Shown piece by piece: positions 1 to 10,800 of a stretch of 64,000 nucleotides of DNA. The notes under the pieces were generated by a model. The model saw only the letters and a program-made list of their open reading frames with translations, had not been told where the DNA came from and searched no databases. The position numbers were made by a program, and so were the translations under genes. How positions within the stretch are numbered: position 1 is the first letter of the stretch; each line of letters begins with the position of its first letter. The stretch comes from Eledone cirrhosa (taxonomy: Eukaryota): assembly GCA_964016885.1 (NCBI GenBank), contig OZ024742.1:375782001-375846000 (forward strand). The letters are read 5' to 3'.

Positions 1-15
1 ACTCACTAGAGAGCA

Positions 16-30
16 GGGAGGTATGGAAGG
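16..30 (+). other. Potential two-tier G-quadruplex motif GGGAGGTATGGAAGG (first copy; present in most monomers)
   Basis: Four GG runs with 2-3-2 nt loops are seen directly. Folding is only inferred. Confidence 0.35.
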
Positions 31-78
31 TCTCCTGTCTATCTAGACACTCAGAAGAGAGCAGAGAGGTATGGAAGG

Positions 79-106
79 TCTCCTGTCTATCTAGACACTC
101 AGGAGA
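79..106. other. Imperfect palindrome in the monomer (core TGTCTA-TC-TAGACA; extended TCTCCTG...CAGGAGA in some variants)
   Basis: TGTCTA and TAGACA are exact reverse complements in the consensus. In the CAGGAGA variant at 79-106 the arms extend to 11 bp with a 4-nt bulge. Confidence 0.7.
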
Positions 107-239
107 GAGTAGGCAGATATGGAAGGTCTCCTGTCTATCTAGACACTCACTAGAGAGCAGGGAGATATGGAAGGTCTCCTGTCTATCTAGACACTCAGGA
201 GAGAGTAGGGAGATATGCAAGGTCTCCTGTCTATCTAGA

Positions 240-1010
240 CACTCACTAGAGAGCAGGGAGATATGGAAGGTCTCCTGTCTATCTAGACACTCAGTAGAGA
301 GCAGGGAGGTATGGAAGGTCTCCTGTCTATCCAGACACTCACTAGAGAGCAGGGAGGTATGGAAGGTCTCCTGTCTATCTAGACACTCAGTAGAGAGCAG
401 GGAGGTACGGAAGATCTCCTGTCTATCTAGACACTCACTAGAGAGCAGGGAGGTATGGAAGGTCTCCTGTCTATCTAGACACTCAGTAGAGAGCAGGGAG
501 GTATGGAATGTCTCCTGCCTATCTAGAAACTCACTAGAGAGCAGTGAGGTATGGAAGGTCTCCTATCTATCTAGACACTCACTAGAGAGCAGGGAGATAT
601 GCAAGGTCTCCTGTCTATCTAGAGACTCACTAGAGAGCAGGGAGATATGGAAGGTCTCCTGTCTATCTAGACACTCAGTAGAGAGCAGGGAGGTATGGAA
701 GGTCTCCTGTCTATCCAGACACTCACTAGAGAGCAGGGAGGTATGGAAGGTCTCCTGTCTATCTAGACACTCAGTAGAGAGCAGGGAGGTACGGAAGATC
801 TCCTGTCTATCTAGACACTCACTAGAGAGCAGGGAGGTATGGAAGGTCTCCTGTCTATCTAGACACTCAGTAGAGAGCAGGGAGGTATGGAATGTCTCCT
901 GCCTATCTAGAAACTCACTAGAGAGCAGGGAGGTATGGAAGGTCTCCTATCTATCTAGACACTCACTAGAGAGCAGGGAGATATGCAAGGTCTCCTGTCT
1001 ATCTAGACAC
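240..1010 (+). repeat. Tandem duplication of an 8-monomer (384 bp) block
   Basis: Ordered markers repeat at +384: CCAGAC 331/715, ACGGAAGAT 407/791, AATGTCTCCTGCC ~508/892, CCTATCTA ~562/946, GCAAGG 601/985. Confidence 0.9.
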
Positions 1011-4000
1011 TCACTAGAGAGCAGGGAGGTATGGAAGGTCTCCTGTCTATCTAGACACTCATTAGAGAGCAGGGACGTATGGAAGGTCTCCTGTCTATCT
1101 AGACACTCAGTAGAAAGGAGGGAGGTACGGAAGGTCTCCTGTCTATCTAGAGACTCACTAGAGAGCAGGGAGGTATGGAAGGTCTCCTGTCTATCTAGAC
1201 ACTCAGGAGAGCAGGGAGATATGGAAGGTCTCCTGTCTATCTAGACACTCACTAGAGAGCAGGGAGGTATGGAAGTTCTCCTGTCTATCTAGACACTCAG
1301 TAGAGAGCAGGAAGTTCTCCTGTCTATCTAGACACTCAGTAGAGAGCAGGGAGGTATGGAAGGTCTCCCGACTATCTACACACCCAGTAGAGAGTAGGGA
1401 GGTCTCCTGTCTATCTAGACACTCACTAGATAGCAGGGAGGTATGGAAGGTCTCCTGTCTATCTAGACACTCAGAAGAGAGCAGAGAGGTATGGAAGGTC
1501 TCCTGTCTATCTAGACACTCAGGAGAGAGTAGGGAGATATGGAAGGTCTCCTGTCTATCTAGACACTCAGTAGAGAGCAGGGAGGTACGGAATGTCTCCT
1601 GTCTACCTAGACACTCAGTAGAGAGCAGGGAGGTATGGAAGGTCTCCTGTCTATCTAGACACTCAGCAGAGAGCAGGGAGGTATGGAAGGTCTCCTGTCT
1701 ATCTAGACACTCAGCAGAGAGCAGGGAGGTACGGAATGTCTCCTGTCTATCTAGACACTCAGGACAGAGTAGGGAGATATGGAATGTCTCCTGTCTACCT
1801 AGACACTCAGTAGAGAGCAGGGAGGTACGGAATGTCTCCTGTCTACCTAGACACTCAGTAGAGAGCAGGGAGGTATGGAAGGTCTCCTGTCTATCTAGAC
1901 ACTCAGCAGAGAGCAGGGAGGTATGGAAGGTCTCCTGTCTATGTAGACACTCAGTAGAAAGCAGGGAGGTACGGAATGTCTCCTGTCTATCTAGAGACTC
2001 ACTAGAGAGCAGGGAGGTATGGAAGGTCTCCTGTCTATCTAGACACTCAGCAGAGAGCAGGGAGGTATGGAAGGTCTCCTGTCTACCTAGACACTCAGTA
2101 GAGAGCAGGGAGGTACGGAATGTCTCCTGTCTATCTAGAGACTCACTAGAGAGCAGGGAGGTACGGAAGGTCTCCTGTCTATCTAGACACTCATGAGAGC
2201 AGGGAGATATGGAAGGTCTCCTGTCTATCTAGACACTCACTAGAGAGCAGGGAGGTATGGAAGGTCTCCTGTCTGTCTAGACACTCAGTAGAGAGCAGGG
2301 AGGTATGGAAGGTCTCCTGCCTATCTAGAAACTCACTAGAGAGCAGGGAGGCATGGAAGTTCTCCTGTCTGTCTAGACACTCACTAGAGAGCAGGGAGGT
2401 ATGGAAGGTCTCCTGTCTATCTACACACCCAGTAGAGAGGAGGGAGGTATGTAAGGTCTCCTGTCTATCTAGACACTCAGTAGAGAGCAGGGAGATATGG
2501 AAGGTCTCCTGTCTATCTAGACACTCAGTAGAGAGCAGGGAGGTACGGAATGTCTCCTGTCTACCTAGACACTCAGTAGAGAGCAGAGAGGTACGGAATG
2601 TCTCCTGTCTATCTAGAGACTCACTAGAGAGCAGGGAGGTATGGAAGGTCTCCTCTCTATCTAGACACTCAGCAGAGAGCAGGGAGGTATGGAAGGTCTC
2701 CTGTCTACCTAGACACTCAGTAGAGAGCAGGGAGGTACGGAATGTCTCCTGTCTATCTAGAGACTCACTAGAGAGCAGGGAGGTATGGAAGGTCTCCTGT
2801 CTATCTAGACACTCGGTAGAGAGCAGGGTGGTATGGAAGGTCTCCTGTCTGTCTAGACATTCACTAGAGAGCAGGGTGGTATGGAAGGTCTCCTGTCTAT
2901 CTAGAAACTCACTAGAGTGAAGGGAGGTATGGAAGGTCTCCTGTCTATCTAGACACTCAGTAGAGAGCAGGGTGGTATGGAAGGTCTCCTGTCTATCTAG
3001 AGACTCACTAGAGAGCAGGGAGGTATGGAAGGTCTCCTGTCTATCTAGACACTCACTAGAGTGCAGGGAGGTATGGAAGGTCTCCTGTCTATCTAGACAT
3101 TAACTAGAGAGCAGGGAGGTATGGAAGGTCTCCTGTCTGCCTAGACACTCACTAGAGAGCAGGCAGGTATGGAAGGTCTCCTGTCTATCTAGAAACTCAC
3201 TAGAGTGCAGGGAGGTATAGAAGTTCTCCTGTCTATCTAGACACTCAGTAGAGAGCAGGGAGGTATGGAAGGTCTCCTGTCTATCAAGAAACTCACTAGA
3301 GTGCAGGGAGGTATGGAAGGTCTCCAGTCTATCTAGACACTCAGTAGAGAGCAGGAAGTTCTCCTGTCTATCTAGACACTCAGTAGAGAGCAGGGACGTA
3401 TGGAAGGTCTCCTGACTATCTAGACACTCAGTAGAGAGTAGGGAGGTCTCCTGTCTATCTAGACACTCACTAGAGAGCAGGGAGGTATGGAAGGTCTCCT
3501 GTCTATCTAGACAGACAGTAGAGCGCAGGGAGGTATGGAAGGTCTCCTGCCTATCCAGACACTCACTAGAGAGTACGGGGGTATAGAAGGTATCCTGTCT
3601 ACCTAGACACTCAGTAGAGAGCAGGGAGGTATGTAAGGTTTCCTGTCTATCTAGACACTCACTAGAGAGTAGGGAGATAAGGAAGGTCTCCTGTCTATCT
3701 AGACACTTAGTAGAGAGCAGGAAGGTCTCCTGTCTATCTAGACACTCAGTAGAGAGCAGGAAGGTCTCCTGTCTATCTAGACACTGAGTAGAGAGCAGGG
3801 AGGTATGGAAGTTCTCCTGTCTATCCAGACACTCACTAGAGAGCAGGGACGTATGGAAGGTCTCCTGTCTATCTAGACACTCAGTAGAGAATAGGGAGGT
3901 ATGGATGGTCTCCTGTCTAGTCTAGACACTCACTAGAGAGCATGGAGGTATGGAAGGTCTCCTGTCTGTCTAGACACTCAGTAGAGAGCAGGGAGGTATG

Positions 4001-4849
4001 GAAGGTCTCCTGCCTATCTAGAAACTCACTAGAGAGCAGGGAGGTATGGAAGTTCTCCTGTCTATCTAGACACTCAGTAGAGAGCAGGGAGATATGGAAG
4101 GTCTCCTGTCTATCTAGACACTCAGTAGAGAGCAGGGAGGTCTCCTGTCTACCTAGACACTCAGTAGAGAGCAGGGAGGTACGGAATGTCTCCTGTCTAT
4201 CTAGAGACTCACTAGAGAGCAGGGAGGTCTGGAAGGTCTCCTGTCTATCTAGACACTCAGCAGAGAGCAGGGAGGTATGGAAGGTCTCCTGTCTACCTAG
4301 ACACTCACTAGAGTGCAGGGAGGTATGGAAGTTCTCCTGTCTATCTAGACACTCAGCAGAGAGCAGGGAGGTATGGAAGGTCTCCTGTCTACCTAGACAC
4401 TCACTAGAGAGCAGGGAGGTATGGAAGGTCTCCTGTGTATCTAGACACTCAGTAGAGAGTAGGGAGGTATGGAAGGTCTCGTGTCTGTCTAGACACTCAC
4501 TAGAGAGCAGGGAGGTATGGAAGGTCTTCTGTCTATCTAGACACTCACTAGAGAGCAGGGAGGTATGGAAGGTCTCCTGTCTGCCTAGACACTCACTAGA
4601 GAGCAGGGAGGTATGGAAGGTCTCCTGTCTATCTAGAAACTCACTAGAGTGCAGGGAGGTATGGAAGGTCTCCTGTCTATCTAGAAACTCACTAGAGTGC
4701 AGGGAGGTATGGAAGGTCTCCTGTCTATCTAGAAACTCACTAGAGTGCAGGGAGGTATGGAAGGTCTCCTGTCTATCTAGAAACTCACTAGAGAGCAGGG
4801 AGGTATGGAAGGTCTCCTGTCTATCTAGAAACTCACTATAGAGCAGGGA

Positions 4850-7800
4850 GGTATGGAAGTTCTCCTGTCTATCTAGAGACTCACTAGAGAGCAGGGAGGT
4901 ATGGAAGGTCTCCTGTCTATCTAGACACTCAGTAGAGAGCAGGGTGGTATGGAAGGTCTCCTGTCTATCTAGACACTCAGTAGAGAGCAGGGTGGTATGG
5001 AAGGTCTCCTGTCTATCTAGACACTCAGTAGAGAGTAGGGTGGTATCGAAGGTCTCCTGTCTATCTAGACACTCAGTAGAGAGCAGGGTGGTATGGAAGG
5101 TCTCCTGTCTATCTAGACACTCAGTAGAGAGTAGGGTGGTATCGAAGGTCTCCTGTCTATCTAGAAACTCACTAGAGTGCAGGGATGTATGGAAGTTCTC
5201 CTGTCTACCTAGACACTCACTAGAGAGCAGGGAGGTATGGAAGGTCTCCTGTCTATCTAGAAACTCACTAGAGAGCAGGGTGGTATGGAAGTTCTACCGT
5301 CTATCTAGACACTCAGTAGAGAGCAGGGAGGTATGGAAGGTCTCCTGTGTATCTAGACACTCAGTAGAGAGCAGGGAGGTATGGAACGTCTCCTGTCTAT
5401 CTAGAGACTCACTAGAGAGCAGGGAGGTATGGAAGGTCTCCTGTCTATCTAGACACTCACTAGAGTGCAGGGAGGTATGGAAGTTCTCCTGTCTATCTAG
5501 ACACTCACTAGAGAGCAGGGAGGTATGGAAGGTCTCCTGTCTATCTAGACACTCAGTAGAGAGCAGGGTGGTATGGAAGGTCTCCTGTCTATCTAGAGAC
5601 TCACTAGAGAGCAGGGAGGTATGGAAGGTCTCCTGTCTATCTAGACACTCAGTAGAGAGCAGGGAGGTATGGAAGGTCTCCTGTCTATCTAGAAACTCAC
5701 TAGAGAGCAGGGTGGTATGGAAGGTATACTGTCTATCTAGACACTCAGTAGAGAGCAGGGAGGTATGGAAGGTCTCCTGTCTATCTAGAAACTCACTAGA
5801 GTGCAGGGAGGTATGGAAGTTCTCCTGTCTATCTAGACACTCAGTAGAGAGCAGGGAGGTATGGAAGGTCTCCTGTCTATCTAGAAACTCACTAGAGTGC
5901 AGGGAGGTATGGAAGTTCTCCTGTCTATCTAGACACTCACTAGAGAGCAGGGAGATATGGAAGGTCTCCTGTCTATCTAGAGACTCACTAGAGAGCAGGG
6001 AGGTATGGAAGGTCTCCTGTCTATCTAGACACTCAGTAGAGAGCAGGAAGTTCTCCTGTCTATCTAGACACTCAGTAGAGAGCAGGGAGGTATGGAAGGT
6101 CTCCTGTCTATCTACACACCCAGTAGAGAGGAGGGAGGTATGGAAGGTCTCCTGTCTATCTAGACACTCACTAGAGAGCAGGGAGGAATGAAAGGTCTCC
6201 TGTCTATCTAGACAGTCAGTCGAGTGCAGGGAGGTATGTAAGGTCTCCTGTCTATCTAGACACTCAGTAGAGAGGAGGGAGGTATGGAAGGTCTCCTGTC
6301 TATCTAGACATTCACTAGAGAGCAGGGAGGTATGGATGGTCTCCTGTCTATCTAAACACTCACTAGAGAGCAGGGAGGTATGGAAGGTCTCCTGTCTATC
6401 TAGACATTCACTAGAGAGCAGGGAGGTATGGAAGGTCTCCTGTCTGTCTAGACACTCACTAGAGAGCAGGCAGGTATGGAAGGTCTCCTGTCTATCTAGA
6501 CACTCACTAGAGAGCAGGGAGGTATGGAAGGTCTCCTGTCTATCTAGACACTCACTAGAGAGCAGGGAGGTATGGAAGGTCTCCTGTCTATCTAGACACT
6601 CACTAGAGAGCAGGGAGGTATGGAAGGTCTCCTGTCTATCTAGACACTCACTAGAGAGCAGGGAGGTATGGAAGGTCTTCTGTCTATCTAGACACTCACT
6701 AGAGAGCAGGGTGGTATGGATGGTCTCCTGTCTAGCTAGACACTCAGTAGAGAGCAGGGAGGTATGGAAGTTCTCGTGTCTATCTAGACATTCACTAGAG
6801 AGCAGGGAGGTATGGATGGTCTCCTGTCTATCTAAACACTCACTAGAGAGCAGGGAGGTATGGAAGGTATCCTGTCTATCTAGACATTCACTAGAGAGCA
6901 GGGACGTATGGAAGGTCTCCTGTCTGTCTAGACACTCACTAGAGAGCAGGCAGGTATGGAAGGTCTCCTGTCTATCTAGACACTCACTAGAGAGCAGGGA
7001 GGTATGGAAGGTCTCCTGTCTATCTAGACACTCACTAGAGAGCAGGGAGGTATGGAAGGTCTCCTGTCTATCTAGACACTCACTAGAGAGCAGGGAGGTA
7101 TGGAAGGTCTCCTGTCTGTCTAGACACTCACTAGAGAGCAGGCAGGTATGGAAGGTCTGCCGTCTATCTAGACACTCACTAGAGAGCAGGGAGGTATGGA
7201 AGGTCTCCTGTCTGTCTAGACACTCACTAGAGAGCAGGCAGGTATGGAAGGTCTGCTGTCTATCTAGACACTCACTAGAGAGCAGGGAGGTATGGAAGGT
7301 CTCCTGTCTATCTAGACACTCACTAGAGAGCAGGGAGGTATGGAAGGTCTCCTGTCTATCTAGACACTCACTAGAGAGCAGGGAGGTATGGAAGGTCTCC
7401 TGTCTATCTAGACACTCACTAGAGAGCAGGGAGGTATGGAAGGTCTTCTGTCTATCTAGACACTCACTAGAGAGCAGGGTGGTATGGATGGTCTCCTGTC
7501 TATCTAGACACTCACTAGAGAGCAGGGAGGTATGGAAGGTCTCCTGTCTATCTAGACACTCACTAGAGAGTAGGGAAGTATGGAAGGTCTCCTGTCTATC
7601 TAGACATTAACAAGAGAGGAGGGAGGTATGGAAGGTCTTCTGTCTATCTAGACACTCACTAGAGAGCAGGGAGGTATGGAAGGTCTCCTGTCTGCCTAGA
7701 CACTCACTAGAGAGCAGGGAGGTATGGAAGGTCTCCTGTCTATCTAGAAACTCACTAGAGTGCAGGGAGGTATGGAAGGTCTCCTGTCTATCTAGAAACT

Positions 7801-10800
7801 CACTAGAGAGCAGGAAGGTATGGAAGGTCTCCTGTCTATCTAGAAACTCACTATAGAGCAGGGAGGTATGGAAGTTCTCCTGTCTATCTAGACACTCACT
7901 AGAGAGCAGGGAGGTATGGAAGGTCTCCTGTCTATCTAGACACTCACTATAGAGCAGGGAGGTATGGAAGGTCTCCTGTCTATCTAGACACTCACTAGAG
8001 AGCAGGGAGGTATGGAAGGTCTCCTGTGTATCTAGACACTCAGTAGAGAGCAGGGAGGTACGGAATGTCTCCTGTCTATCTAGAGACTCACTAGAGAGCA
8101 GGGAGGTATGGAAGGTCTCCTGTCTATCTAGACACTCAGTAGAGAGCAGGGTGGTATGGAAGGTCTCCTGTCTATCTAGACACTCAGTAGAGCGCAGGGT
8201 GGTATGGAAGGTCTCCTGTCTATCTAGACACTCAGTAGAGAGTAGGGTGGTATCGAAGGTCTCCTGTCTATCTAGACACTCAGTAGAGAGCAGGGTGGTA
8301 TGGAAGGTCTCCTGTCTATCTAGACACTCAGTAGAGAGTAGGGTGGTATCGAAGGTCTCCTGTCTATCTAGAAACTCACTAGAGTGCAGGGAGGTATGGA
8401 AGTTCTCCTGTCTATCTAGACACTCACTAGAGAGCAGGGAGGTATGGAAGGTCTCCTGTCTATCTAGAAACTCACTAGAGAGCAGGGTGGTATGGAAGTT
8501 CTCCTGTCTATCTAGACACTCACTAGAGTGCAGGGAGGTATGGAAGTTCTCCTGTCTATCTAGACACTCACTAGAGAGCAGGGAGGTATGGAAGGTCTCC
8601 TGTCTATCTAGACACTCAGTAGAGAGCAGGGTGGTATGGAAGGTCTCCTGTCTATCTAGAGACTCACTAGAGAGCAGGGAGGTATGGAAGGTCTCCTGTC
8701 TATCTAGACACTCAGTAGAGAGCAGGGAGGTATGGAAGGTCTCCTGTCTATCTAGAAACTCATTAGAGAGCAGGGTGGTATGGAAGGTATACTGTCTATC
8801 TAGACACTCAGTAGAGAGCAGGGAGGCATGGAAGGTCTCCTGTCTATCTAGAAACTCACTAGAGTGCAGGGAGGTATGGAAGTTCTCCTGTCTATCTAGA
8901 CACTCAGTAGAGAGCAGGGAGGTATGGAAGGTCTCCTGTCTATCTAGAAACTCACTAGAGTGCAGGGAGGTATGGAAGTTCTCCTGTCTATCTAGACACT
9001 CAGTAGAGAGCAGAGAGGTATGGAAGGTCTCCTGTCTATCTAGAAACTCACTAGAGTGCAGGGAGGTATGGAAGTTCTCCTGTCTATCTAGACACTCAGT
9101 AGAGAGCAGGGAAGTATGGAAGGTCTCCTGTGTATCTAGAAACTCACTAGAGTGCAGGGAGGTATGGAAGTTCTCCTGTCTATCTAGACACTCACTAGAG
9201 AGCAGGGAGATATGGAAGGTCTCCTGTCTATCTAGAGACTCACTAGAGAGCAGGGAGGTATGGAAGGTCTCCTGTCCATCTAGACACTCAGTAGAGAGCA
9301 GGAAGTTCTCCTGTCTATCTAGACACTCAGTAGAGAGCAGGGAGGTATGGAATGTCTCCTGTCTATCTACACACCCAGTAGAGAGGAGGGAGGTATGGAA
9401 GGTCTCCTGTCTATCTAGACACTCACTAGAGAGCAGGGAGGAATGAAAGGTCTCCTGTCTATCTAGACAGTCAGTCGAGTGCAGGGAGGTATGTAAGGTC
9501 TCCTGTCTATCTAGACACTCACTAGAGAGGAAGGAGGTATGGAAGGTCTCCTGTCTATCTAGACATTCACTAGAGAGCAGGGAGGTATGGATGGTCTCCT
9601 GTCTATCTAAACACTCACTAGAGAGCAGGGAGGTATGGAAGGTCTCCTGTCTATCTAGACATTCACTAGAGAGCAGGGAGGTATGGAAGGTCTCCTGTCT
9701 ATCTAGACACTCACTAGAGAGCAGGCAGGTATGGAAGGTCTCCTGTCTATCTAGACATTAACTAGAGAGCAGGCAGGTATGGAAGGTCTCCTGTCTATCT
9801 AGACACTCACTAGAGAGCAGGCAGGTATGGAAGGTCTCCTGTCTATCTAGACACTCACTAGAGAGCAGGGAGGTATGGAAGGTCTCCTGTCTATCTAGAC
9901 ACTCACTAGAGAGCAGGGAGGTATGGAAGGTCTCCTGTCTATCTAGACACTCACTAGAGAGCAGGGAGGTATGGAAGGTCTCCTGTCTGTCTAGACACTC
10001 ACTAGAGAGCAGGCAGGTATGGAAGGTCTGCCGTCTATCTAGACACTCACTAGAGAGCAGGGAGGTATGGAAGGTCTCCTGTCTGTCTAGACACTCACTA
10101 GAGAGCAGGCAGGTATGGAAGGTCTGCTGTCTATCTAGACACTCACTAGAGAGCAGGGAGGTATGGAAGGTCTCCTGTCTATCTAGACACTCACTAGAGA
10201 GCAGGGAGGTATGGAAGGTCTCCTGTCTATCTAGACACTCACTAGAGAGCAGGGAGGTATGGAAGGTCTCCTGTCTATCTAGACACTCACTAGAGAGCAG
10301 GGAGGTATGGAAGGTCTCCTGTCTGTCTAGACACTCACTAGAGAGCAGGCAGGTATGGAAGGTCTGCCGTCTATCTAGACACTCACTAGAGAGCAGGGAG
10401 GTATGGAAGGTCGCCTGTCTGTCTAGACACTCACTAGAGAGCAGGCAGGTATGGAAGGTCTGCTGTCTATCTAGACACTCACTAGAGAGCAGGGAGGTAT
10501 GGAAGGTCTCCTGTCTATCTAGAAACTCACTATAGAGCAGGGAGGTATGGAAGTTCTCCTGTCTATATAGAAACTCACTATAGAGCAGGGAGGTATGGAA
10601 GTTCTCCTGTCTATCTAGACACTCACTAGAGAGCAGGGAGGTATGGAAGGTCTCCTGTCTATCTAGACACTCACTAGAGAGTAGGGAGGTATGGAAGGTC
10701 TTCTGTCTATCTAGACACTCACTAGAGAGCAGGGTGGTATGGATGGTCTCCTGTCTATCTAGACACTCACTAGAGAGCAGGGAGGTATGGAAGGTCTCCT

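Larger units (their letters stand above)
1..4200 (+). repeat. More diverged sub-domain of the array
   Basis: Many local variants (TACGGAATG, GGAGATATGC, CAGCAGA, GAGTACGGGG at ~3571). Indels cluster here: -2 at ~1207, -2 at ~2194, +1 at ~3920, and 39-bp units at ~1308, 1395, 3352, 3440, 3718, 3757 and 4133. Confidence 0.8.

Noticed and set aside
29-47. BsaI (GGTCTC) and XbaI (TCTAGA) sites in nearly every unit, suggesting a synthetic concatemer
   Set aside because: The nested, phylogenetically structured variants and duplications over 64 kb indicate natural evolution. The sites are useful only as experimental handles.
2275-2282. Palindromic Smad-binding element GTCTAGAC in TCTGTCTAGAC variant units
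   Set aside because: It arises from a single A>G change in the existing dyad, and there is no promoter or gene context to support a function.
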